A DNA stretch of 63,462 nt, filler included, from Anaerolineae bacterium (lineage in GTDB: Bacteria > Chloroflexota > Anaerolineae > Epilineales > Epilineaceae): assembly GCA_029262755.1 (NCBI GenBank). It is 6 parts of 6 records of this genome, joined end to end, with 100 filler letters (N's around TTAATTAATTAA, not from the genome) between each part and the next. Parts side by side here need not be neighbours in the genome. Positions count along the whole stretch, not along the records: positions 1 to 7,654 come from JAJCYU010000104.1; positions 7,755 to 20,554 come from JAJCYU010000106.1; 4 more parts are not named here. One strand, written 5' to 3'. Below are positions 1-12,356 of this stretch, piece by piece. Position numbers and translations under genes: made by a program. Each line of letters opens with the position of its first letter. Position 1 is the first letter of the stretch. The notes beneath the pieces were generated by a model. The model saw only the letters and a program-made list of their open reading frames with translations, was not told the DNA's origin and did not search any database.

Positions 1-517
1 GCATGCGCGCGAGCTGGCGGCGCGCGTTTCAGGCGACGGTTCGATGACCGTTGTCGAGGGCGATTTCTACACGGTGGCGCTCACCGGGCCCTTCGATGTC
101 GTCGCCTATTGGGACGGCTTTGGCGTCGGGGCGGACGCCGATCAGCGGATCTTGCTTCGCCGCATCGCAGGCTGGCTGGCCGAGGACGGTTGCGCGCTCC
201 TCGACGTGTACACACCGTGGTATTGGGCGGCGCACGAGGGAAGCGAGATGCGCTTTGCCGACGTTCGGCGCCGCTACGGCTTCGACGCGGAGGGCGTGCG
301 CATGCTCGATTCGTGGTGGCCGGAGGGCCGCGAGGCCGAGGCCGTCACCCAGTCGTTGCGCTGCTACGGGCCCGCCGATCTGCGGCTGTTGCTCAAGGGC
401 ACGGGGTTGTCCCTGGCGGACATCGTGGCGGGCGGCGCGCTGGACGGCGAAGGTCGCTGGCACGCGTCCGTGCCCTTGGCCGAGGCGATGAGTTATCGCG
501 CGGTGTTGGTGCGCTAG
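1..517 (+). CDS. Class I SAM-dependent methyltransferase, 5' truncated
   Basis: Frame is open from position 2 (HARELAARVSGDGSMTVVEGDFY). The GDF...FDVVAYWDGFG...LLRRIAGWLAEDGCALLDV stretch fits the post-motif-I strands of class I methyltransferases. Confidence 0.7.
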   Translation, partial: HARELAARVSGDGSMTVVEGDFYTVALTGPFDVVAYWDGFGVGADADQRILLRRIAGWLAEDGCALLDVYTPWYWAAHEGSEMRFADVRRRYGFDAEGVRMLDSWWPEGREAEAVTQSLRCYGPADLRLLLKGTGLSLADIVAGGALDGEGRWHASVPLAEAMSYRAVLVR

Positions 518-593
518 GAAGGCGACGAGCATCATCCGCGTCCGAGTTGCCTGTAATCCTTCCCGCGGCACGCTGCCCCACCGGAGGCCGACC

Positions 594-875
594 ATGTACG
601 ACGACCATCCCGAAGAGAAGATGATCGTGCTCTTCGAGGAAACCGGGGAGGCGCATCATGAGGCCTTCCTCGACACCGACGGAGCGGATCCGGAGTGGCC
701 GACGTGGTATGCCAACTACCTGCACGGTGACCTGAGCGAACTACTCGACTCGAAGTTCACCAAGAGCGAATTGATCTACCTGCTGGTCACGGTGGATCGG
801 GAGTTGGCCGCTGAGGCGCCCGGCGCATCGTGGCCGGCGTACTACGCCGGCTTCTTCGCGACCCGCTACGGCTAG
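594..875 (+). CDS. Small acidic hypothetical protein
   Basis: 93-aa ORF with GGAGG RBS upstream and high-GC3 codon usage; two WPxxYA motifs. Confidence 0.75.
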   Translation: MYDDHPEEKMIVLFEETGEAHHEAFLDTDGADPEWPTWYANYLHGDLSELLDSKFTKSELIYLLVTVDRELAAEAPGASWPAYYAGFFATRYG

Positions 876-925
876 TCCAGTGCCCCCCGGGAGCGGACGG
901 GACGGGATCCGCATGCGAACGTGCG

Positions 926-1663
926 CTATTCCTCGTCCGAGCTTCGCCACGGGTTGACCATGGTCTGCATCAGGATCGGGGTGCCGATCTTGACGTTGCG
1001 ACGGCGCGTCACAAGGTAGAGCACCAGGTCGGCGATGTCCTCCGGGAAGAGGCATTTCCTGCGGTCGAGGCCGTCGTAGCCGTCGGTCATGGGTGTCGCC
1101 ACCATGCCGGGGCAGATCGTTGCAACGCGCACGCCCAGTTCCTGGTTTTCGCGTTGGATGAACTCGGAAAGGGCGTTCAGCGCGTGCTTCGAGACACCGT
1201 AGGCACCGTTGCCGGGGTAGTGTTCGATCCCCGACTCCGAGCTGATGTTCACCACGTAGCCGCGCTTCTGCTTGTGCATGATGGGTAGTACCGCACGCGC
1301 CATGAGAAACGGGCCGCGCAGGTTGGCGGCGATGACGCGGTCCCACGTGGCCACATCGTGTTCGGCGATCCGACCGCCACCGGACACCGCCGCGTTGTTG
1401 ACCAGGATATCGACAGCCCCGTAGGCGTTGTAAGCCGCTTCGACGACCGCCGCGGCGCCCTCCTCCGTCGCCACGTCGGCCACGACGGCATTCACGATCC
1501 CTCCGGCGCCACGGATCACCGCCTCCGCCTCACGCAGTTGCTCCTCGCGCCGACCGCAGATCATCACATGCGCGCCGGCCTGGCCCAGCTTCTGGGCTAC
1601 CCCGAGCCCGATGCCGGTGCCCCCGCCCGTGACGATCGCCGCGTGCTCTTCCAAGATGCCCAT
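926..1663 (-). CDS. SDR family NAD(P)-dependent oxidoreductase
   Basis: TGGGTGIG Rossmann motif, VNNAA, catalytic YGVSK (YxxxK), ICPG. Confidence 0.95.
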   Translation of the reverse strand: MGILEEHAAIVTGGGTGIGLGVAQKLGQAGAHVMICGRREEQLREAEAVIRGAGGIVNAVVADVATEEGAAAVVEAAYNAYGAVDILVNNAAVSGGGRIAEHDVATWDRVIAANLRGPFLMARAVLPIMHKQKRGYVVNISSESGIEHYPGNGAYGVSKHALNALSEFIQRENQELGVRVATICPGMVATPMTDGYDGLDRRKCLFPEDIADLVLYLVTRRRNVKIGTPILMQTMVNPWRSSDEE

Positions 1664-1949
1664 GTTGTTGTGTCCTCGTGGTCGGCTGGCGAGAGGCGGT
1701 TGGCGAAAGATGATTGGCGGAGGTGGGAGTGGATCGGGGTGTCGTGTGGAGCAGCAGAGGTACTAGACGTGGGCGCCGCGTTCCCCTGTCGTCGCGGGCG
1801 TCGGCTGTCGCGCTCGCGGAGCCGGCGTGCCCCTCGGAGGGCGCGAACACCGTCCGCTCGTCGCGATCAGCGCGCGATCGGTGGTTCCCCGCCCGGCCGC
1901 GACGGAGTGTAGCCCGCCGAGATGGCTGTACGAAACGATGGCTGCGCGC

Positions 1950-3530
1950 TCACCGGCCCGGAATATCGCTGCTCGCCGCCACGAACAGCACTTCGCTGCC
2001 CGGTGGGCCGAAGGCGATGTCCATGATTTCGTAGAGGCCGTCGTGATGGGCGGCGGCGAGCGTTTGGAGGCCGTCGGTGGAGCGGTACAGGTCGGTGCCG
2101 TAGCCGTTGATGTAGCTGCCATGCGGGAAGTAGACCCGGTCGGGATCGTCGGGACCGACGAAGACGCGTGTACCGCCCGTGAGCACGACGCGCTCGGGCA
2201 GCGTGCCCGGCCCGGAGCCCGGAACGGGCTCGTCGTCGGCCACGCGGCGCTCCCACGTTGCGCCGCCGTCGGCGGTGCGCCAGATGCCGCGTCCGCCGTA
2301 GTCTTGACCGTTCGCGAACGACACCTGGTTGAGCACCGCGTAGGCCACATTGGGGTCAGATGGTGCGAACGTGATCCACGCCGGCACAACGGCCGTCACG
2401 TCGGTCGGGGGTTGGCCGATGGGATCGAGCAGCCCGCCGTTGGCTTCGCGCCACGACGCGCCGTTGTCATCGCTACGCCACATGCCCTTCGTGTTGCTGC
2501 CGACGAGCCAGCGCATGCCGCCGCTCGGTAGCGGCTTGGGCGCATGCGCGGCCGAGATCACGCCCTGTCCATCGGGAATCGGGATCGGCAGCGTCTCCCA
2601 CTTCGCACCGGCTTCGGTGCGGGTATAGAGGAAGGGGCGGCGACCCGCGAAGGTCCAGTGGAAGGCAGGGTCGGGCTCGTCCTGGGTCAGGCGAGCGAGG
2701 CGTGCGGAGCGCTTGTGGAGGTCCACCTCTGCCGCCGCGAGCGGCAAGGGACCGGGACCCGGGCCGATCACGCCGTCATCGCCCGGGTCGATCGCGAAGT
2801 GCATCACGTCATCGGGAAGATCCTCGACGGTCCACGACGCGCCGTCGTCCTGCGTCCAGGCGAGCCGCGCCTCGAAGACGGATACCAGGACCCAAAGCTC
2901 CGGTCGGGACGGTGCACGGACCAGCTTGTCCCATCCGCCGTCCGGCACGCCGGGCAGCTTAGCGAGCGTGCAACCGGCGTCCGCTGAGCGATACAGCGCT
3001 CCTTGATGCAACTCGAGCACGACGTCCCTGTTGCGCGGATCGACGTCTACGGCCCAGGTGTAGGCCAGCGGGCGGAGGGTCGTCGCGTTGGGCAGCAGGC
3101 TTCGGCCGCCGTCGATCGATAGGCGCAAGCCACCCGCGTCACCGCTTGTCTGCCCGCATTGCGGCACACCCGCGCCCAGATCCGGCGTCGGGAGCCCGGG
3201 CGGCAACGTGGCCGTCGGCGAGCCGGATGGCACCGTCGGCGTCGCGCTGCGCGCAGGCGTCGCCGTGGGTGCGATGGTCGGCGGGAGCAGGGTGAGGGGC
3301 GGTGGCAGCAACGTGGCCGTCATGGTCGGCGTCGCGGCTGCGATCGGGGCGTCGGCGAGCGCGAGAGGCAGCCAGATGGCGTCGAACACCGGTTCGCCCT
3401 GCGCTTGCACGCTCCCCGGGTCACGGCCGTCTTGGATCGCTACGCCGATGGCTGCTCCCGCGGCCACAGCCAGGCTCGTCGCGAAGATCGCGATCGCGAA
3501 GACGGTCGATTGGGGTCGATAACGGCTCAT
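1950..3530 (-). CDS. Exported BNR/Asp-box (sialidase/VPS10-like beta-propeller) repeat protein with P/T linker
   Basis: Start re-called at ATG 3530 (CAGGAG RBS). Hydrophobic N-terminal segment; repeats YRSADAG, WTQDDGASW, WRSDDNGASW, WRTADGGATW. Confidence 0.8.
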   Translation of the reverse strand: MSRYRPQSTVFAIAIFATSLAVAAGAAIGVAIQDGRDPGSVQAQGEPVFDAIWLPLALADAPIAAATPTMTATLLPPPLTLLPPTIAPTATPARSATPTVPSGSPTATLPPGLPTPDLGAGVPQCGQTSGDAGGLRLSIDGGRSLLPNATTLRPLAYTWAVDVDPRNRDVVLELHQGALYRSADAGCTLAKLPGVPDGGWDKLVRAPSRPELWVLVSVFEARLAWTQDDGASWTVEDLPDDVMHFAIDPGDDGVIGPGPGPLPLAAAEVDLHKRSARLARLTQDEPDPAFHWTFAGRRPFLYTRTEAGAKWETLPIPIPDGQGVISAAHAPKPLPSGGMRWLVGSNTKGMWRSDDNGASWREANGGLLDPIGQPPTDVTAVVPAWITFAPSDPNVAYAVLNQVSFANGQDYGGRGIWRTADGGATWERRVADDEPVPGSGPGTLPERVVLTGGTRVFVGPDDPDRVYFPHGSYINGYGTDLYRSTDGLQTLAAAHHDGLYEIMDIAFGPPGSEVLFVAASSDIPGR

Positions 3531-3775
3531 AGCGTCGGGCTCCTGCGACTGCGGAAGTGTAGGCGGCACGATTCGAGATGACGTCGCCCTCGCCGCCCAC
3601 TGCTGCGAGGTTTGTGGGAGCCGGATTGTAGCGTTTCGCTCCGGGAAGATGGCGGTTGTTGAAGGGGTCCACGGTTGGCGAACTAGATCGCCCGAGCATC
3701 CGGCCCGCTCGCAGCGAAGCCGCACGCGGGCTACGATTCGCCTTCGAGCGACCAACCATCCAGGAGGACGTTGTC

Positions 3776-3994
3776 ATGGGTCACGTCTACAAGCACATCG
3801 AGCTTACCGGCTCGTCCGAAACCTCGATCGAGGACGCCATCGAGACCGCCGTCAAGCGCGCGGGCGAGACGGTCCGCAACATGCGCTGGTTTCATGTGAC
3901 CGAAACGCGCGGCTACATCGAGAACGGCGCGGTGGCGTACTACCAGGTCACGTTGAAGGTGGGCTTCACGTTGGACGGTCAGCCCGTCGACTGA
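3776..3994 (+). CDS. Dodecin (flavin-binding protein)
   Basis: [14 protein letters not shown]...SIEDAI...[12 protein letters not shown]...YQVTLKVGF is the dodecin signature; AGGAGG RBS. Confidence 0.95.
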   Translation: MGHVYKHIELTGSSETSIEDAIETAVKRAGETVRNMRWFHVTETRGYIENGAVAYYQVTLKVGFTLDGQPVD

Positions 3995-4082
3995 GTCGTG
4001 CCCGCATGCGGAGCCGTATCGGCCCAAGCCGTATCGGCGGGCTGCGATGAATCAACGGGCTGCGCGTCCGCCGATCAATAGG

Positions 4083-4115
4083 AAAAACGAGGGGCGGGAT
4101 TGCTCCCGCCCCTCG
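4083..4115 (-). terminator. Intrinsic terminator of the atp operon
   Basis: Perfect 12-bp stem CGAGGGGCGGGA/TCCCGCCCCTCG with 4-nt loop, followed by T5 on the minus strand, downstream of atpC. Confidence 0.85.
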
Positions 4116-4205
4116 CTCGTATGTTGATTGGGTTCGCGATGGCCGCGACGCCCGTTACGGTGGGGCTAGCGTCGAGGCTTTCGCGGGCGATGCACTAGGC
4201 CTTGA

Positions 4206-4633
4206 TCAACCGACCCGCGCGCTGCCCGAACTGCGGCGCTTCTGTCCGACCTTGATGCGCGTCTGCGCACGGCGCAGGGCCGCGAGGGCTTCTTCGCGCT
4301 CAACCTTCTCCGTCGAACCGGCCAGGGCCTGTTCGGCGCGCTGCCGCGCTTCTTGAGCGCGCTCAAGGTCGACCTCTTCCGCATGCTCTGCGGCGTCGGC
4401 CATGACGATCACGTGCGAGTGCCGGACCTCCATGAAACCGCCGCCGATGGCGAAGATTTCACGCTCCGATCCGCGCACGATCTCCAGCACGCCCTCGGCC
4501 AGGCCGGTGACGATCGGGGCGTGGTTGGGCAGGATACCCAACAAGCCCTCCGTGCCCGGCGCGACCACGACGTCGACATCCTCCGCGTGGAGCACCTGCC
4601 GCTCGATCGTGACGACGTCCAGAGTCATCGGCA

Positions 4634-4634
<1 letters not shown>
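4206..4634 (-). CDS. atpC: F1 ATP synthase epsilon subunit
   Basis: PGTEGLLGILPNHAP and GGGFMEV motifs, C-terminal helical hairpin; follows atpD. Confidence 0.97.
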
Positions 4635-7010
<2,376 letters not shown>

Positions 7011-7014
7011 TGGC

Positions 7015-7654
<640 letters not shown>

Positions 7655-7754
7655 NNNNNNNNNNNNNNNNNNNNNNNNNNNNNNNNNNNNNNNNNNNNTT
7701 AATTAATTAANNNNNNNNNNNNNNNNNNNNNNNNNNNNNNNNNNNNNNNNNNNN
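7655..7754. other. Artificial contig linker
   Basis: 100 nt of N with central TTAATTAATTAA (stops in all six frames). Confidence 0.99.
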
Positions 7755-8125
7755 GCCGGATCATCCATCAGCCGTGGAAGGTCACGACGGCGGAACGACC
7801 GCCGATCTTGGCGACCGCCTCGGCGCAGATCGCGCAGGTGATGCAGGACCACACGGCGGATCCACCGGGCTATTACGGCCTGAACGATCTGCTCAACCCG
7901 AACGTGCCGGGATCGCCGCATTTCCCGACGCCCGGCTTTGACGAACCGCCGAACCCGCGGCGGGTGTGCCTGGACCTCACAAACCGCAATCGGCGCTACA
8001 ACTCGCTGTTCAACCGGCCGATCTGGCGGGCGGGCTGTCTAATTGGCCCGTGGAATCCACGCGAGTATCCTGGCGCGGGTCGTGCACGAGACGGCATCAT
8101 CGTCACGCCGGCGCCGCTGCCCTAG
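7755..8125 (+). CDS. C-terminal fragment of a hypothetical protein
   Basis: Open frame from the contig edge with coding-like codon bias, ending just before the lipoprotein gene. Confidence 0.55.
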
Positions 8126-8207
8126 CCACACCGCGTGGGGGTCCAGGAGTCTTTGGACGTCCATCGGCCAAGAACGGGCGCGCGTCCCACCTCCAGGGAG
8201 AGCGTCC

Positions 8208-9113
8208 ATGAATCGATCGACAACGACCGCGGGTCACGGTGCGCGGCGACGCAGTGGGGCGCTCATCGCGCTCCCTGCACTCGCCGCCCTAACCTTGCTG
8301 GCCGCGTGCCGGCCGTCCACCGCGGATCCCACCGCGGACGAGAACGCGGCGGCCGCAACCGCCGCCATGCTCGCGCAAGCCGACGCGCCGACCGCGGCCC
8401 CGCCCACGGCCGCGCCGAGCTCCACGCCCGTAGCCCCGGCGGCCACCGCGACCGCGACATGTCCGCGCGGTGAGGTGGAGAGCATTCCGGTCGAGGGTGC
8501 GGTGACCGGGCTATCGGACGCATTGCGTCACGGGGACCTCAACCCGAGCCTGCGCGGCGCGGAACCGATGGATGTCGCGCACGAGTACGTGCACTACGAC
8601 GGCGGCGCCGATCCGAACGCCCCGCAGTTGGCCGCGTTGCTCGGCCGCAAGCCCGATATCACTGGGGCGTGGGATGTCTACGAGTGGGATTGGACCCAGG
8701 ACCCGCCGCGTCGTCACGAGCAACTCTTTCGCACCGTGCACAATGTGCCGTGGCCCGCGCTCACCGGGCTGGCCGTGGAACCGGGCGAGGCCGTGCGCGT
8801 TCCGGGCCGCGGCCCCGATATCTATCAAGGACGCTTCGTGGCGCTCCTCGTCTCGGCCAGCGAGCACGACGTGCAGTGGGTGTACACCCGCCAGGACGAG
8901 GTCGGCTCTGGCTACGCGATCTGGGTCGACGGGCTGAGGGTCGACTGCAACCTGCTGGACCTCTATCGGGCCGGCCGGGAGAGCGGCGAAGGTCTGCCCG
9001 GCCTTGCCGCCGACCAGATCGTCGGCGTCGCTGCGGGCGATACGATCCGGGTTGCGATCCGCGACCGCGGTAGCTTCATGGACACCCGCTCCACCAAGGA
9101 CTGGTGGCGCTGA
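8208..9113 (+). CDS. Lipoprotein of unknown function (possible degenerate M23-like fold)
   Basis: ATG 8208 after GGGAG; lipobox LLAAC; P/T/A linker; C-terminal domain ending VAIRDRGSFMDTRSTKDWWR. Confidence 0.75.
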   Translation: MNRSTTTAGHGARRRSGALIALPALAALTLLAACRPSTADPTADENAAAATAAMLAQADAPTAAPPTAAPSSTPVAPAATATATCPRGEVESIPVEGAVTGLSDALRHGDLNPSLRGAEPMDVAHEYVHYDGGADPNAPQLAALLGRKPDITGAWDVYEWDWTQDPPRRHEQLFRTVHNVPWPALTGLAVEPGEAVRVPGRGPDIYQGRFVALLVSASEHDVQWVYTRQDEVGSGYAIWVDGLRVDCNLLDLYRAGRESGEGLPGLAADQIVGVAAGDTIRVAIRDRGSFMDTRSTKDWWR

Positions 9114-12022
9114 GACAGCACGCTTGGCTCCTGCTCGCGCCCGCCCTATTCCTGGCGGGTTGCGGCGGGCGTGACGATGCCGCGCAAGCGCCGGAGTTCG
9201 GCTGCGATGCCACGCGCCTGTCGACGGCCGGCGCGCAGGCACCGCCGTCGACGCCGGGCGGTGCGCGCACGGGCGCGGACGGCGCGGATGGCACGCCGAC
9301 CGGGGAGGCCACGGCCAGCGCCACCCCGACCGAAGACGCCGCCGCCGGATTGCCGCCCGGGGCCATCGCTCTCTTCGACCTGCCCTTCCCCTACGACGGA
9401 TCGGAGCTCGGCTTCGGTGGCAGCGTGGCGGAGTTCACCGCCGCCGCACAGCGTCGACGCGCGGGTGGGCGGATCAACAGCTTCTTCGATCATCAGCTGC
9501 CGCTCTACGGTGCGGAGGTCGAGGCGGATCGTGCGACGGAGAGCATCCTGATCTTCGACGGCGCCGCCAGCCCGGCCGACGCCTACAGCGGTCACCCCGG
9601 CTACGACTTCGCCGTCGCCGACGAGGCGCGCCGTCGTACGACGCCCGTGCTGGCTGCCGCGGCGGGCACGGTGAGCGAGGTCGCGTGGCACGATCTCATG
9701 GGCTGGCACGTGATGCTGCGCCATGACGTACCCGAAGTCGGCGCCTTCCAGACCATCTACATGCACCTACAGGACGACGAAATCTATCGCGCCACGCGCG
9801 ATCGGCTGGGCCAGCGGATCGACGCAGGGGCCCATATCGGCACGATGGGCACGACGGGCAACAGTGACGGCGAGCACCTGCACTTCGAGGTGCGCTTCGA
9901 TATCGACGAGGATGGTCGTTTCCGCTACGGCGCGGAGACGGTGGACCCCTTCGGCTTCCTGCCGAGCCCCGACTTCGCGGCGAGCCCATGGTACGAGCGG
10001 CAAAACGCGGGTCCACCGCGCTATCTGTGGAACGTACCGCTGCAGGTTGCCGCGGCCGTGCCCGCCGACGGCGGTGGCGATCTGCCCGCACCGCCCGGCC
10101 TCGGTGGTGGCGGTGGGGCCGATCGGCGCGCGACGGCTGCGGCGCGCACGGAGGAGGACGGCGGCCGGATGTGCGCCCCGAGCGGATCCCTGCCGCCGGG
10201 GGGCACCGTCCAACTCGGCTGGTCCCCCGACCCCGCACCCTCGACGGAGCTGGCGGGGATTGGGGCGAGCCTCGTGCTCAGCGTCGTCGACGCCGACGGC
10301 AATCCGGTGCCGCGTATCGATCCACCGGTGGCTGTCGAGATGCCCTTTGATCCCGCGCGGCTGGACGAGCTCGAGCCCGAGAGCGTGGCGGTCCACCGCT
10401 GGGAGCCGGGCGCCGAGCCGGAAGGGCGACGGCCCGGCGGCCTGGCGCAAGCCGAGGACGGGCTCGCACCGGGCGGCCGTTGGCGCCGCCTGCCGACGCG
10501 CATCGATGCCGCGCGCGGCCTGGCCGTGGCGGCTACGGACCGACCCGCACGCCTGGCACTGCTCGGCCGCCCGGTGCGCGATGTCGTCGCGCCGACGACG
10601 CGCATTGTCCTCGACGGGCCGCGCGGCGCTGCCGGCGAGGGCGGATTCTACAAGGCGGTCACGGTGACCTTGACGGCCGACGACCCCTCCGGCATCACGC
10701 AGATGCGCTACCGCCTCTCCTTCGACGCCCCTTGGCGTCGCTACGACGGCCCCTTCGTGCTGCGCCACGCAGGCATCCCGCAAGATGTCCCCGAGGGCGT
10801 GGACGCGCGCTTCCTGCGCGGCGAAGCGCGACGGCTGATCATCGCCTCCGCGGTGGATGGCGCGGGCAACATCGAGGATCCGCCTGCGCAGGAGGCCGTC
10901 GTAATCGATCGTCGCGAGGATCCGGTGTACACGCCACCGCCCGCAACCCAGACGGCCGAGGCGCTAGGGTCTTCCGGGGAATCGGACGGAGACGGGTCTA
11001 GCGAAGGCGATTCCGGTGGAGGCGATCCGAGCGGGGCTGACTTAGGCGACGCCGGTTCGGAAGACGGCGCGCTTGGCGCAGGCAACGAAGCTCGCGATGC
11101 GTCGTCCGGTGCGGCTGGCGCTGCGGGGTCCAACGCCACATCCGCCGGCACGCCGGGCCAGCCCCTCGCCCGATCCGGCGGCGGGACGCCTTTGCCCGAG
11201 GGAGGCCCGTCGTCGCCGGCTGCAGCCGCGACGCCCACCGGCGTCGACGGGGCACGAACGGGGGATCGCTCCGCCGCATCGGGGCTGGCTCCGGGGCTGG
11301 CTCCGGGGGTCGCTACGGCGGGCGCACGCTCTGGTCGCGGGCTCCCCACCCTCCCCGTGGTGGGACCCGGCCGTGCGGGCGCCACGCCGCGAGCTCCCGG
11401 TGACATCACGCCGCCGCCCACCGCGCGGATCCCGCGCGCGGACGTGACCGCGACCGCAGCGATCCGCGCCGCGACCAGCGAGGCGCGCGCCTCGGCCACG
11501 GCCCGTGCGCGACGCGGCGCGACCGCGACGGCCGTCGGCGCGCGGCGGCGCAGCACGGCGATGATCCCCGACCCGATCGAACCGCCCGGTCCCGGACGGG
11601 CCGTCCCGACGGCGACGCCGACGCCGCCCGCGTTGGCCGCACCGGTGCTCTCCGCACCCGCCGATCACGCCGAGCCGCGCTGCGGTGAGCCGGTTGTGCT
11701 GGATTGGGAGGCCGTACCGTCGCTGCGCGGCCGGGGCGCGCATGGCTGGCAGCTTGAGCGCCTCACGGTCGGTGATGACGGCGTGCCCCGCTGGCAGCCC
11801 TTGGACGCCGGTCAGACCGTCGGCGGTCTCAGCTTGACGACGCTCTCGGCCCCGCCCTGTGCTCGCCGTCTACGCTGGCGCGTCCGGGGCATCGACCTCG
11901 CCGGTCGGCCGGGCGCATGGTCGAACTGGCGACGCTTGACCCTCAAACCGGTGCCGACCGTGCCGCCACAAGAGGTGGTCGCGCCGACCCAGATTCCCGG
12001 TTCCGGATATCCGTATCCGTAG
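9104..12022 (+). CDS. Multidomain M23 metallopeptidase lipoprotein
   Basis: Lipobox FLAGC; HPGYD (HxxxD), YMHL, GTTGNSDGEHLHFEV (HxH); then beta-rich modules, a long G/S/A/P/T linker and an FN3-like C-terminus (WRVRGID...GAWS). Confidence 0.85.
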   Translation: MALRQHAWLLLAPALFLAGCGGRDDAAQAPEFGCDATRLSTAGAQAPPSTPGGARTGADGADGTPTGEATASATPTEDAAAGLPPGAIALFDLPFPYDGSELGFGGSVAEFTAAAQRRRAGGRINSFFDHQLPLYGAEVEADRATESILIFDGAASPADAYSGHPGYDFAVADEARRRTTPVLAAAAGTVSEVAWHDLMGWHVMLRHDVPEVGAFQTIYMHLQDDEIYRATRDRLGQRIDAGAHIGTMGTTGNSDGEHLHFEVRFDIDEDGRFRYGAETVDPFGFLPSPDFAASPWYERQNAGPPRYLWNVPLQVAAAVPADGGGDLPAPPGLGGGGGADRRATAAARTEEDGGRMCAPSGSLPPGGTVQLGWSPDPAPSTELAGIGASLVLSVVDADGNPVPRIDPPVAVEMPFDPARLDELEPESVAVHRWEPGAEPEGRRPGGLAQAEDGLAPGGRWRRLPTRIDAARGLAVAATDRPARLALLGRPVRDVVAPTTRIVLDGPRGAAGEGGFYKAVTVTLTADDPSGITQMRYRLSFDAPWRRYDGPFVLRHAGIPQDVPEGVDARFLRGEARRLIIASAVDGAGNIEDPPAQEAVVIDRREDPVYTPPPATQTAEALGSSGESDGDGSSEGDSGGGDPSGADLGDAGSEDGALGAGNEARDASSGAAGAAGSNATSAGTPGQPLARSGGGTPLPEGGPSSPAAAATPTGVDGARTGDRSAASGLAPGLAPGVATAGARSGRGLPTLPVVGPGRAGATPRAPGDITPPPTARIPRADVTATAAIRAATSEARASATARARRGATATAVGARRRSTAMIPDPIEPPGPGRAVPTATPTPPALAAPVLSAPADHAEPRCGEPVVLDWEAVPSLRGRGAHGWQLERLTVGDDGVPRWQPLDAGQTVGGLSLTTLSAPPCARRLRWRVRGIDLAGRPGAWSNWRRLTLKPVPTVPPQEVVAPTQIPGSGYPYP

Positions 12023-12217
12023 AGGGGATGGGTATCCGTCGTGGGGATGGGTGGTGGCGGTTCCTTAGCGGAGACCGATGGTGGATGCCGGCCCCTGCGA
12101 TTGGATCCTCGTCGCCATAGTGAGACGCGGTTGGCGTTCAATTGGCGCGTGCTCGCCCGAAGGCGTGATCGCCAGTTCACGCCGTTGCTCGCGATCGGCG
12201 GATGGAAGGCGTGCCAA

Positions 12218-12285
12218 TCCGGATACCGCGCCCGTTCGGATGCCACCGTTGTCCGGATACCGTCGATGTCCGGATACCGCGATAG
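12218..12285. repeat. Four direct repeats with exact 17-bp period (core TCCGGATACCG)
   Basis: Cores at 12218, 12235 (degenerate TTCGGATGCCA), 12252 and 12269. Confidence 0.8.
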
Positions 12286-12320
12286 AGCGACCGGGCGCCG
12301 AAACTCGGCGCCCGGTCGCT
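12286..12320. terminator. Strong hairpin, probable terminator between convergent genes
   Basis: Perfect 16-bp stem AGCGACCGGGCGCCGA/TCGGCGCCCGGTCGCT with AAC loop, followed by TTCCT. Confidence 0.75.
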
Positions 12321-12356
12321 TTCCTATGTCCGTTCGTTCGTTCGCTCGTTCGAGCG

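Noticed and set aside
4012..4038. AGCCGTATCGGC direct repeat after dodecin
   Set aside because: Two copies only, between convergent gene ends; most simply another micro-duplication.
12218..12285. CRISPR array
   Set aside because: A 17-bp period leaves 6-nt spacers; no cas genes or CRISPR-like array anywhere in the window.
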